Shown here piece by piece: positions 1-11,896 of a DNA stretch of 64,000 nt. The notes under the pieces were generated by a model, which saw only the letters and a program-made list of their open reading frames with translations, had not been told where the DNA came from and did no database searches. This DNA comes from Obrimoposthia wandeli (Eukaryota). The stretch spans positions 1,178,001 through 1,242,000 of the forward strand of contig CDROCS010000288.1 of NCBI GenBank assembly GCA_977020255.1. The letters are read 5' to 3'. How positions within the stretch are numbered: position 1 is the stretch's first letter; the number at the start of each line of letters is the position of its first letter. The translations under genes and the position numbers were made by a program.

Positions 1-1385
1 TTTAACCATGTGATTTTAATTTTATCTCAAAAATATAATACTGAAAATTCGAGTACTGCTTCAACTAATCACAAGAAAAATTATCTTGTAATCAATGACT
101 GTCCGTTAATTTTTTAAAAATTTGTTAATCCCATATGTAATTGTATTGTTCAAATTTGAGTTCAACTTCTATTTATATTTCAATCATGTAATGTTTATAT
201 AAATAATTCATTATCTGAGAAAATTTCTCATTTAAGCTGAACTTTCAAAAATTTTACTTGAAAGTCAAATTTTAAAGCTTTAAAATTCACTTTAGTAGAA
301 GAAAATTTCAGAAATTCTGATTGACATGTAAAAACAGCTCAACAGCAAATATTACGTGGTTCAAATCTATTAATTGTTAATACTAAAATATATTCAACAA
401 TGACACAGTTATAAAATTATCTGTAGGATATATTTTCTTGCCAATTTCGACCTTGATGAGATGAGACAGATTAATCAACTAACAAGTCTGGTAAGTCTTG
501 ACTTTATTTGACTTTATATCTCTGTAGAATCCAAGTTTTAAAAAAGGCAATAAAGTTTAGTTTATTATTAGGATAAAGATTCTTAAAGTTTTAAGAAATT
601 TCAGGAATCCAAATAAATATTGCTATCCAGAATTGTCTGTCCACTGACTGTTTCATTTATATAAATTTATTTTTATTATTACAATATTATTATATAACAA
701 TACAATATACACTGATAAGAGAATTAAAGCGTAAATTGTAAAATAAAATGTATCTAATACTATTAATTAGGAAATAGTCAAAATATCAAACCACTTGATC
801 TTTAAAAGATCATTAAAAATATATTCAAAGTAAATTTAACCAAATATTAGTATTATTTACTTAGAGCTTTATTAATAATTTATATTAATGTAATACTCTT
901 TTGTTGACAAGATTTTTAAAAAAATTAATTGGTATAAAATAAGATAATTTTACAGTTGTAATATTTTCGAAGAAGACTTTGAAATATATTTAATTTTTAG
1001 TTTAATTTGCAGCTTTTATTTCTAATTAAAACTATCAATTTATTTGCATTTCGTTATTTTTTAAATTTATATATTGTTTTTTAAGTTGCATGACTTTATT
1101 CGACAGATTTTTGAACCCATATCTTTGACTGAAGACAGTTTTTGTCATCATCACAATTTTACGCTAAGAACTAAAAGTAATAATAATTATAAAGTGATAT
1201 AATATAAATTTTCATATTCTGATAACTTTTTACATTTTGAGTTAAATGTTATAAACATTGAATACAAGACAGTAAAGTATGTTTCATCTTTACTCGATTT
1301 AACAGCCTAGAAAGTTTTTAAGAAGTAGCTATGTAAGTAAGCAAAAACTCTGTTTATGATAAAAAATAAGTAACACACAGACTTT

Positions 1386-1391
1386 TTTATT
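1386..1391 (-). terminator. Candidate polyadenylation signal of the GPCR
   Basis: AATAAA on the minus strand ~130 nt downstream of the stop codon; the hexamer is common in AT-rich DNA. Confidence 0.4.
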
Positions 1392-1521
1392 GTATAAGTT
1401 AATCTAGATTATCACACTAAAGTTGAAATGAAATGGTTGCTCATTTAAACACACAAATAGTATCTCTTTGTACACAAGTAGAAATGGGATGGTTACCTCA
1501 CTCACTGACGAGAGCAGCGGC

Positions 1522-2919
1522 CTAGGTGAGCACCTGACTGTTCTTGAAGGTCATTCTGGAGGTCATTCCAACATTAGTGACACAAGAATGGTTGTCAGTC
1601 CTGTCACAGTGTCGAATCTTCTTGAGAACGTTGCGGAACTTCTTAGAGATGACAAGGGTGCAGATGGGGTTCATGGCGTTATTGACGTAGGCGATAAGCT
1701 GGGCAGCCGGGAACGCGTACAAATTGAGCCAATGAATGACGACGGCACTGCTGGTGACCGCCGCCGAGTTGATGGGGTCGTGTAGGAAGAGGGTGGATGA
1801 GTCGCGGCGGCGTTGTTGGCGTTGTTGTGTGTTGTCGGCTGACAGCATGGAAGCGCTGTTGGCGGGAGAATCACGATAGAGGAAGTCAGCGGCGATGTTG
1901 GCGGCATGGTAGGGTAGCCAGAAGACTGCGAATAGGGCGGTGAGGATCATGAGCAGCTTGCTGATACGCTGGCGCGAGCTGTTGATGTTGCGGAGTGTGC
2001 TGCCATTTTTGCCACCTCCCGACCTGCGACTTCCGGCGGCTGCAGTGGACGTAGAGGAGGTCGTTGTGGTGAGACTGTGCTGCTGGTGCATGTGCTGAAA
2101 AACAGCTGTACTGCGTCTGAGGTGCAGACCCACCTTGGAGTACAGTACTAACATAAACGAGAGTGGTAGCAGATAAAAGAGAAAGAAGATGGCCAGCGTG
2201 AAGATCTGCTTGTGGTTGCTGTTGTTGTTCCAGGTCTCAGCACATAGGTTGTGCACAAGTCCGGCCTCGCTGTCACGACTCACCTGCTTGACCTCGTGTG
2301 CGGACAAAAGCGGTGCAGTGATGAGGAAGGACAGCACCCAGATGGCAACCACCCAGCCGGAGAGATGTCGCGCCTGGAATCGACTGTAGTTGAAGCCACG
2401 GCCGACAATGACGATGTATCGCTCGATACATATGCTAGTCAGGGTGAGGATGCTGACGCCAACTGTGGTGCCCTGGATGGTGCGTGTGACCTTGCAGAGC
2501 GGGCTTCCGAACCGCCAGTCGGGCTGCACAATGGAGGCGATGTTGAAGGGCTCGCACAGCAGGAACACCAGCAGGTCCGAGCAGGCCAGGTTCAGCAGGA
2601 ACACGTGTGATATGGTGCGCATCGACCGAAACAGCACGACGCACAGAATAACACAGACGTTGCCGGTAACACCAACAAGGAAGAGCAGCACAAGCACAAT
2701 CAACTGGAATACCTGAAAGTGTGTGATCCGAAGAATTTCGCGTCCAATGGAGGCACACAGCGCTGCGGACAAGCCGCGACAGTATTCCAGGATATAAGGG
2801 TTGGGATCCAAGGACGGTGACGACAAATAGCTGGAGTTGGCTGCAGTCACTGACGACGACGACAAGTTTGACTGGCTCATTTTGCAGCACCATTTGTTCA
2901 GCTCCACCAGTGAGTTCAT
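1522..2919 (-). CDS. Class A (rhodopsin-like) GPCR, neuropeptide-receptor-like (orexin/allatotropin, NPFF/SIFamide, QRFP neighbourhood); uninterrupted ORF of ~465 aa from the first ATG
   Basis: Seven hydrophobic segments with GN (TM1), NLACSDLL (TM2), WRFGSPLCK, ERY (TM3), W (TM4), ECL2 Cys (LCAETW), FxxWLP (TM6), NNAMNP (TM7) and helix 8 SKKFR. The ORF track starts at GTG 2949; the first ATG is at 2919 and the next at 2880. An acceptor-like ttcttctcacag lies just upstream, suggesting a 5' UTR intron. The ligand class is inferred from motif resemblance only. Confidence 0.93.
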   Translation of the reverse strand: MNSLVELNKWCCKMSQSNLSSSSVTAANSSYLSSPSLDPNPYILEYCRGLSAALCASIGREILRITHFQVFQLIVLVLLFLVGVTGNVCVILCVVLFRSMRTISHVFLLNLACSDLLVFLLCEPFNIASIVQPDWRFGSPLCKVTRTIQGTTVGVSILTLTSICIERYIVIVGRGFNYSRFQARHLSGWVVAIWVLSFLITAPLLSAHEVKQVSRDSEAGLVHNLCAETWNNNSNHKQIFTLAIFFLFYLLPLSFMLVLYSKVGLHLRRSTAVFQHMHQQHSLTTTTSSTSTAAAGSRRSGGGKNGSTLRNINSSRQRISKLLMILTALFAVFWLPYHAANIAADFLYRDSPANSASMLSADNTQQRQQRRRDSSTLFLHDPINSAAVTSSAVVIHWLNLYAFPAAQLIAYVNNAMNPICTLVISKKFRNVLKKIRHCDRTDNHSCVTNVGMTSRMTFKNSQVLT

Positions 2920-3299
2920 ATTGCTCTCTGGTGGGAACACGACTAGCACAGCTGTGAGAAGAAATAATGGCTCAATAATGACCAGCTACTGCTTGTAGGA
3001 AAAAACATAGCAGCCAATAGTATGCGACTTTTTCTAAGAGAGACTTTTTATTTGTTGACTTAGATAGCATATATCTATATACTTGATCTGTTTTTCTTTC
3101 CACAAGCCGACTGTACAAATTAACACTGCTAATATCATATACACTATATGATAAAAACGTTATAACCCTGAAATCTCATTAAATCAACTAATGTATTTGA
3201 ATAATTTAACATGTTAAAATTAAAATATGTTTAACACTGGTGTCTCGCATTTTCGTTTATTTACTGCAGTGGTGTTATAAGTTTAAAAATATTAAAAGT

Positions 3300-4105
3300 T
3301 ACCTAGCCTGATTCTACAACAAATGTACATAAAGTAGAAAAAAAAATTCATTCATTTTCCGAAGTTACATATTTTATCAAATTAATCCAAATTCAAAATA
3401 TTTCACCCACCGATGTTTGATTTATTATTAGGCATAATTTTTACATGTTTTTAATCAACATTTATTTGAAAACAATGATTGAATGTTTATTCTGAGATAT
3501 ATTCTTTACTCAATTCGATGAAGGTTTCCATTTCACCGAACCAAACACTAAAAAGGAATAATCACTTGAAGGTCATGTGGTATGTGTAGGGACAAATGTG
3601 GAATCATTCATTTAGGTGATCATGTACAAAGGCTAACGCTATCACTGAGCATCAGTATTGGCGAATTCCAGATGAATATGGCAAAACACAGTGACGTCTA
3701 TCTACCCAAGCTCGATCATATAAATGGTGCCACTCAACCAAAATATCGCACAAGAAAAATCACATAGTTTTTCATCAGAAGAGTACCTGTCCCAAGTGAA
3801 GCATGGTATGGTCGAATCCAATATTAACAATGGTGGCTTTTCATCCTCCTTACTCTCCCATCATAGACTTCCATGTCAATGGGTCTCTAGAAAAATGACA
3901 GGACACTAAAGTTTGTATTGACTTGGATGAGTTTGTTTCCGATGTCAAGTCATGCATTGGCTTTAAGAACCCGTCAATCTTTGTCCGTGGAAACGATCGT
4001 CTAATGTACAAAGGGAAAGAGGCCATCAATGCTCCAGAGAGAAAAAAATGGTTTTCAGATAAATATTTAAAAAAAAACAATTATTATGCATTGGGACAAT
4101 AGTAA
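3300..4105 (+). mobile_element. Degenerate mariner (DD34D-type) transposon remnant
   Basis: catcctccttactctccc (3842-3859) encodes HPPYSP. Downstream KNPSIFVRGNDRL...EAINA resembles the mariner C-terminus (FYxxGIxxLxxRWxxVIxxNG). Multiple stops and frameshifts; boundaries approximate. Confidence 0.7.
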
Positions 4106-4190
4106 ACACTAATAATATACTATTTTAGTTTATTTACTTTACACAACAAAAATCACATACTGTATTTTTATTCTAAACTGAAACGAGAAA

Positions 4191-4280
4191 AGTAGGTGGA
4201 TGGGTCCGGTCTAATCCTCTAAATAAGGAAGGGGGGTGTACCCCTGAACTTTAAAACAGTGCATGTGTATTCTTCCATTA
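4191..4280 (+). repeat. Left TIR of Maverick copy 1
   Basis: Matches the reverse complement of 13529-13607 and the sequence at 20630-20720. Confidence 0.85.
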
Positions 4281-4287
4281 ATAAGAA

Positions 4288-4289
<2 letters not shown>

Positions 4290-4322
<33 letters not shown>
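4290..4322. repeat. (TA)n microsatellite at the deletion junction between TIR and integrase
   Basis: Direct reading; integrase homology starts immediately after it. Confidence 0.9.
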
Positions 4323-4326
<4 letters not shown>

Positions 4327-5330
4327 CATGTATAGATGTATTTAGCAGATTTACTTGTGTAGTTCCAGTTGCTTTGTTTGAAGCCATTAAGGAAATAATA
4401 AAAGAAGATATTCCACAAAAAAAATGCAAACGGATTTAGGAAAATAATTTTATAATCATCAAGTTTAAATATTGTTTAAACAAAATAATATAAATTATTA
4501 CTCTATATTTTTGTAGTAATAATCAGCATTAGTAAGAAGATTTATTCGTAGTTTAAGAGATTGATTCAAAATGTTTTTCACAAAAGAAGGAAATAAAAAG
4601 TAAATCCAAGTTTTAGATAAAATAATACACATATAATCACTCTGATCATATAAATCTTAAGATAATGAAACCGGTAGATGTTACCGATAAAAACTCTATG
4701 GATACTTGGATAGAGAGGAACAAAAAAGAAAATATTAGAAAGCAAAATATAAGAAAAAAAGAATATGTTCAAATTTCTAAAATGATATCTTCTCCATTTA
4801 TTTAAAAGTTTGATCAAAGTTTGATAAAAATTGAAGCAATGAAATATTTTGTATAAGTAAAATTGATCATAAATGTAATTAGATAATGTATACTATTAAC
4901 CCTCAATACGCGGGAACCGAGATAACTCGGTCCCGACAAATACGCATACAGTGACGGGAACCGAGTTAACTCGTTTTTAGACAGGGGATTTCCCATCGAT
5001 TTCCATATAAATGGGAGGTGGTGATCGTTCTGATCAGATGGCAAAGTATTATACTTTCACAAGAAAAACCAACAAGTGGTGGTTGAAATTATTCTTCCAC
5101 ATGATCAACTACTGTATTAAATACATAGCACAGTGAGGGTTAAAGATGCTTACAAAAATATAATTCACAGTAAATTTTACGAACAAAAAGTATAAGTAGT
5201 ATCAAATAAACATAACGTATTCCGTATTCAAAACTAATATTAAAATCTAAGGGTACTGGTAAACATAAACAATACTTTGTTAAATGGTATGGTTATTCAG
5301 ATCCAACTTGGATATCAGCATCAAATATAA
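4323..5330 (+). pseudogene. Maverick retroviral-like integrase plus chromodomain remnant (5'-truncated, interrupted by a MITE)
   Basis: Collinear nucleotide similarity to 23072-23844 (LTCIDVFSR...KQYFVKWYGYSDPTWISASNI). Confidence 0.88.
4900..5139. mobile_element. 240-bp piggyBac-type non-autonomous element (MITE)
   Basis: TTAA|CCCTCA...TGAGGG|TTAA. Removing it restores tactattaa-agatgct exactly as in the uninterrupted integrase of copy 2 (~23647-23660). It contains an internal direct repeat CGGGAACCGAG(A/T)TAACTCG x2. Confidence 0.88.
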
Positions 5331-5340
5331 TATGAAATCT

Positions 5341-6360
5341 TTGTATATGGTTTTACCTAGTAACGGATGCCCGAAGACTCAGCCGGATAATGATGCTAGT
5401 AGCTTTTTTATTGATTACCAAAAATCCTATAAATCTCCAAGGATAATTAAAAGCGACATTAACAGAATTTTTTGTTGTTGTTATTCTCCTATTACTATTA
5501 GAAAAAACTCACATATTTCATTTGATAAATAAATAAAGTATGATGAAGCAAATAATGTTGTGATTGGGTTTGATAGTAAAGGAAAATTATATTTCAATTG
5601 TATAGATAAAGAATTGAAAGTATTACACGAACATAAAAATGTAATATTTAAAAATCGTTTAGAATTTATTAAATAGATATATAAATCTAAAAATGAAGCT
5701 GTACAATTCGGTTTTGATAGCGAATAGGCTTTAGGTAATAAGATACAAGATATTATATAATCTTAAACGGTTTAAAATATTTCTGGTAGAGTTGCAAAAT
5801 TGATAGCTGAAACTAGAAGTAAAGATGTACTGGAACTGAAAAAGTTTTCAAAAGATTATAAAATAGATAGAGAAGTGAATATATGTAAATTTATAATGAA
5901 AGAATTCAGTGAATATTTGGATAAATATGTAACATTAAAAAATGGTAAGTTGACGGTTACAGTAAAGAGCAATATAAAACTGGATTCATTTGATGATAAA
6001 CTCGCTAAAAACCTAAATTTAACAGAAAATACCTTTGAAACACATACAGTAAAAACCATGAAGTTAAAAATCAGGCAACACTTTTAAATGCTATTACTCA
6101 GTTATATATTTATACTAGTTTAATAGAACCAACGCTTGTAGAATCACTGCAAGTACCACTTTAGAGAACAATATAGATATCTCAAAGTCAAGTTAAAATT
6201 GGGAAAGTTATTGGTATTTGTATAGATCAACCAATGTATCTTCCAGTTGCTCTCTTATCTATAAACAATATTGAAGTAAATATTAGAGATGACTCCGGAC
6301 AATTAATATATTTCCCATACGGAGCCAAGATAAGTTTAACAAAACATTTCAGAAAACGAA
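5341..6360 (+). pseudogene. Maverick minor capsid (penton-like) remnant
   Basis: YMVLPSNGCPKTQPDNDASSF at the start; IEPTLV..PL.RTI and PMYLPV...IEVNIRDDSG at the end; homologous to 23850-24890. Confidence 0.82.
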
Positions 6361-6525
6361 ATGTCGAATCCAGTCATAATTGATTCTTATAGACAAAGCT
6401 AACAAGATGGTGAATTACCATAATTTGTTGGTAAACAATATAGATCCGGCTGGCTTAAAACATTAAGTAGATTTGCCTCTCCTCTTTTGAAGAGGCTCAG
6501 ACAATTTATATCAAAATTAGGAAAG
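6361..6525 (+). pseudogene. Maverick PZ-like small core protein remnant (continues after the LTR at 8241)
   Basis: MSNPVI..YRQS..GELP.FVGKQY.SGWLKTLSRFASPLLKR; homologous to 24859-24957. Confidence 0.65.
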
Positions 6526-8240
6526 TGTTAGGATTAGGATTTGATAAATATTAAATAATTGATCTAATTTATATAGAAATAAAATCCTTTAAAGCAAGGT
6601 TATAATTAAAATAAAAAATTAAATATTAGTATTAAATTGTAAAATTACGAGTAAAATTAAATATTAAGGACCACGAAGGTCGTGTGTAGTGCGCTGTATA
6701 TATAGGAGTTTAAATTATTATTAAAGGCCCCCAAAAAGAATTAATCAAGAAATTAGAAAACGAGAAGAAAAGGCAAAGAAGAAATTAACGAATCAATTAA
6801 TTAATTTACAAGAAATTGGCGAAGAAGAAATCTTGAAATTATCGTGGGAGCCAAAACAGCTGCAGCAAAACAATCAAGCAGCATCAAAGTAAGTGCGCTC
6901 TTAAATTTGGGCTAATTGACAGGAAATTGATTAGTTCCCACATTGTCGCAGTCTCGCAGCCAGCAAGAGAGACACATCTCCACAAGTCGAGCCATAACCG
7001 TCGCGCCAGCAGAATCAGATCAGGAGACAACTGAAAAGGTAAAATTATCGATACACACAAATTAAATTACCGCTATCCACAGTGCGAAGCAGAAGAATAC
7101 CAATCAGGAGAATTGTCGCAGAACCGATTGAAGACAGGAGACAACTGACGAGGTAATTTAATATAAAACCAAATAAACTTAGCGTTATTTGCAGTCGCCA
7201 CACAAATTGTCTATCGCTCGCAGTACACCGTCACCAAAAGTTCGAGAGAAGAAACCAATTACAGTGATCGGAAATTGATAGTGTCCCAATTTTTCAAGCA
7301 GCAATTACAGTGATCGGAAATTGATCGTGTTCTAATTTTTCGAGAAGAAGAGTTATCAGAAGTTGCAGTTCGCCGTCGCACCAAGTTTCCGGGAAGAAGA
7401 ATTCAGTGCAGTAATTTGTAGAAGTAGCAGTTATAATTGTGCCTGAAATTGGAATTAGAAAGCACACGTCGATTAACCAAGAGAAACATAATTTGTAGAA
7501 GTAGCAACTATAATTGTGCCTGCAGTTGGAATTAGAAAGCCAAGAAAAACCACTGATCCAAGCACTCGTTGATTTATTCCAAGTCGCAGAAAACCAGAGA
7601 AGCAGCCAAGGTAAAATTGCAACACTGAAAACGAGTTAACTTCTATTTTTCAGAAGAGCAGAGACAAATTTGACGAAGTCGAGAGGAAAGCAGATCAAGG
7701 TTATCTGTTAATCAATCGGAACGGACAAGGACGATACGGGACAGTTCCTCTCACAAAGCGTCTGAACCAGGAATCAAACGAGTCGGAATCAACCTACAAT
7801 TTAGGAAGGTGAGCCGTACGTAAAGAGTAAAGTAAAAAAGGATTTAATTGAGACTTTGATTTTAAAGAGTAAAGTAAAAAAGGATTTAATTGAAACTTTG
7901 ATTTAAAGAGTAAAGCGAAAAAGGAGTTAATTGAGACTTTGATTTTAAAGAGTAAAGTAAAAAAGGATTTAATTGAAACTTTGATTTAAAGAGTAAAGCA
8001 AAAAAGGATTTTGATTTTAAAGAGTAAAGCGAAAAAGGTGTTAATTGAGACTTTGATTTTAAAGAGTAAAGTAAAAAAGGATTTAATTGAAACTTTGATT
8101 TAAAGAGTAAAGCAAAAAAGAGACAGGCAACCATAGCAATAAGTAGGCCACAACCATCTTTAAGACCTGCTTCTATAGAACTCACGTTGGGGCCCTCCAC
8201 ATTCAAGAGGATCTATAAGTTTCATATAGAAACCCCAACA
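6526..8240 (+). mobile_element. Probable solo LTR (1,715 bp) inserted in the Maverick PZ-like gene
   Basis: Begins TGTTAGG and ends CCCAACA (6/7 terminal inverted match, TG...CA). AAAG is duplicated on both sides (6522-6525; 8241-8244). Non-coding, with internal direct repeats. Superfamily not determined; strand inferred from the intron-like signals. Confidence 0.6.
7821..8120. repeat. Tandem repeat with a ~41-42-bp unit (TAAAGAGTAAAGTAAAAAAGGATTTAATTGAGACTTTGATTT), ~7 copies
   Basis: Direct reading; explains the spurious ORF 7886-8206. Confidence 0.92.
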
Positions 8241-8452
8241 AAAGGATTACTTTCATCTTAAGATATATAAATTAATATGAAGTTTTAAGAAGCATACATT
8301 TAATGAAATTTATAATGTTCAGCTAGTGTGTGTAAATTTTATTAGAAAAAGTAAATCAAGCAAACATCAAAAGCTAGAGGATTTAAACGTAAACAGAAGC
8401 AAAATATTGCTATAAACAAACGTAACAAAGTTGAAGAAACAATATTTGACAA

Positions 8453-9010
8453 ATGAGTGACGTCAAAACTGAATTATGTATCTTTGATAAATCACTTCCA
8501 CAATTTGTTGTAAAAACTGCTTCCTTTAAAGAAATATTTCCAGTTAACTCAGTTACAGGAACCACCTTAACCGATTTAGAAGTTAATAGTAGTGGTTCCA
8601 ACAGTGATTATTTAGATTTGAATGATACTTTGCTTTATGTACAACTAAAAGTAACAAATCGAGATTATACTAATTTAGCGGAAAATGCAAATGTAAACCT
8701 ATTAAATAATTCTTTAATTATTTATTTAATGATGCCATTATTACTCTTAATAATGTTAAGATTAAAGGTGGGAATTCTTACTATGCTCATAAAGCTTTCA
8801 ATGAAAGTATATTGAATTGTATTACTGATACTTAAAATACTAATTTTGCAAAAATTGATTTTGATAAAACAGCTCCAACTCGCATAGAAATATGTGTGGG
8901 TCTATGAGAATAAACTTCTCTGAACAACCGAACTATTTAATTCGTGGTGTTGATGTACATCTTCGTTTGAAACGTAATAAATTGATTTTATCTTTGTTAA
9001 GCACATATTT
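8453..9010 (+). pseudogene. Maverick major capsid protein (double jelly-roll), N-terminal remnant
   Basis: ELCIFDKSLPQ, YLDLNDTLLYVQLKV and FSEQPNYLIRGVDVHLRLKRN resemble conserved Polinton MCP segments (LDLF..P.Q; LDL..T.LYV; Q..LL.NGVD.RL.L.R); truncated. Confidence 0.75.
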
Positions 9011-9049
9011 TCTAATACCTAAACTTAATATTTAATAGACTAAAATTAA

Positions 9050-11846
9050 AAAAAACAACTAAACAAATATATCAAATAAAGAAAACCGTCTAAATCCGAA
9101 AGTTTCAATAAGCCAGGCTAATGTTTTTTTTCACCCGAATCCACTTTTCGTCATTACTACTCAAAGCTGTTTTAGTTGACTTATGAGAATACAGTTATTC
9201 CACTCTTGAAACAAATCTAGTTTGCCTGACACTTTCAATACACCTGGTATCATATACTTTCCTGTAGGATCATATGTAAAATTGTTTCTTCCTACACCCT
9301 TTGCTCTCGCTTTCATCCTTAAATTTTCCGATAATATCCATTAAACTCATATAGTGTAAAGGATGATTTAAGGGATTTTTATGGGTATCAAGCAAGTTAT
9401 CCCTAAACATTTCTGGTATTAATTAATTTTGAAAACTAACATTTTTACATTCCAAGAAGAAAGAGAGTCCGTGTACCCAGCAGTGATGTTGATCTCACAA
9501 TTAAATTCCTGACAATATTTCTCTAATTCTATATATTGCAGCTCGTACAATTCTGAGTTTAGAAATGTCTAAAACCGTTTGACCTATATAACTCGGTCGA
9601 TTGAGACAAATACTCTGTTTTCCTAATAAATATGCTCCCAAGTTATCTGCAATTGTAAAATTACGCTTGAAGTTGTACTTGCTAGTATATATTATTAGTT
9701 TACGGTCATCGTTGCAAAACCGTAGATAAATACGTTTCCGCAAGTCTTCTACAGTTTTTCCAAAGAGACTATTACTTTTTAACTTGTAAAAATCCTGATC
9801 GAATTTGCTAGTGACCAAATTACGTTTTTCATGAATTCTTCTAAATGTCGTCTTTAAGCACAAAACTTTAACTAAATCTCATAGCCCCGATGAATTCGAG
9901 TGACTTTCGCTCCTAATTTTAAGTAGAATTTAAGAAGTCGCCAATGCACCACATAATTTAACTTCTGTTCATGAATTAACAATAATTTCTTAACTTTTGA
10001 ATAAGTTGATTATTGATGATCAGGAGCCACTGGAAGATCATCTAATTTATCGTGCACATTAGGAGGGATTGTTAAATGGACATCAATCAAATAACTGACA
10101 TTTGATGAAACTGTATCAACAGCAGCCAAATCTGTTATCAACTTATTCAACTCTTCCACATCAAACCCCCACGAAAGGTTCACATGTGGTAGAGGATAAA
10201 TAAGTGTCCACTTATACAAATTATTAATGTCAATATACATAATCTCCGTGTATTGACTTTTGACAATATGATGTTAGTTAACAAAAGTCATTTCACTCTT
10301 AATAACAAAGATATTGAGAGTTTTTGATGCAGTTTTCCATGAATGATCAAGTAAACTAAAGAAATGTCTAACTAGAAATGTCTAAAAAGATCTAACCCAT
10401 ACTCTGATAAAGACTTTACACGAAAGGACGCAAACACATCAGTTAAAAAAACAAATGTCTAACTTCATATAATAAAGTATATTCTCTGTGAGATTTCGAC
10501 AATTTATCTTCCAAAATGTACGAGCCTCATTAAAGTTTTGAAGACTTACATACTCAAATTCACTTATGGGCAGGATTTCTGTTTTATTTTGTAAATTTGC
10601 AGATAATCTTTAAATCTTAAATTGCATAATTCAGTATATGCAGTTAAAAATAAATATTTCTCTGAATTTTGAGGTATACACGATAATTCATATGAAGTTA
10701 ATGTTCCCAACGCATATTTAAGTATATGTTACAAATTCCATTGAGATTTATGAAACATGATGGGAATGCAAGGTTTTTAGGGAGTCGTGCAAAGCAAAAA
10801 TTGATTCAAAATCAGCATATACCTTGAATTCAACGGGTATGCAATTTGCCTAATCACTGAATTTACTATTTTTTTTATTTAGACATACTGTATAGTGTAT
10901 TGTCATCAGAATTATGTGTACATAATGTCAAAATTTTGCTATGAGAGAGCTTGTATCTGAATCCATGTAAACTTATATGACACAACTTACATCTTATCCT
11001 TACCGGTAAGGCACCATTATCTAAATTTAGAAGACGTTCTAATTTGAGAATTCAAGCATAATGAAATTCATTGTTGAGCTCGAGCAAAATTAAATTAACT
11101 AGGTTCTCCTCATTTTTTTCTTCTTTAATTTACGTCTGTAAGAGTATTTTAAAAAATTTATAATAATACAATCCATTTAAAATGGGGCATATTTACTGTC
11201 ACACTCTTAGTGCTCAGTAATTACAGCCCTTTTAAGGATGGCCAACACATTATACAGTAAGCAAAGGTTATCACTGTTTTGTACGTTAACAATGGAATGT
11301 GAGAGTTAAAGAGATCTAGGTGAAATAATGTATGAACACCCTGAAAGATAAATAATATCAGTAAACTTTGTTAAAACAAAGATAACATTGTAAATTCTAA
11401 CTATAGCCCATCCACTATTTAACTCGCTATAATTAGTAATTTTTTAATTAAGTTTCTTCCAATCTCAGTTACAAAGTTATTGTAAAAAACAGTAGTTTTA
11501 CATAAAATTACCCCAGTTTTTTATCCTCTTTGATATTGTAAACTGCATTTTTGCACAAAACTGAATCTTAGCCTGACCTAATTTAGTCACTTCTGATTTT
11601 AAAATATTCTCAATATTGAAATGTTCACCTACGTTCATTAAGTTTTTATTTCTCATGGGCACCTTAACTATAAAGTATTTGTAATTTAGCGGATACTCAA
11701 TAGTAGCACTGTTTTTCCTACGATTTTTGGTGGGGCCTTATTAAAAAATTGGCCTCAACCATTTCTACCTACCCTCGTCGATAAACCTCACCCTAATTGA
11801 ATTGGCCATTCACTTGTTGACGATATTAATATCGCTGGTGTTGATG
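9050..11846 (-). pseudogene. Protein-primed family B DNA polymerase (pPolB) with N-terminal terminal-protein region, decayed
   Basis: VYADFESI (ExoI), YIDINNLY (motif A), YKLKSNSLFGKTVE (motif B), C-terminal IGKFKDE; many frameshifts and stops. Confidence 0.92.
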
Positions 11847-11896
11847 CTGATTACCTATTTAATTTATCTATTTTTAAAATCATAACAAATAATTAC

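Noticed and set aside
1468-2893. Several overlapping ORFs on or antisense to the GPCR
   Set aside because: Shadow ORFs caused by high GC content and codon bias.
6528-6541. TTAGGATTAGGATT as telomeric repeat
   Set aside because: Only two imperfect units; it is better explained as the start of the putative LTR.
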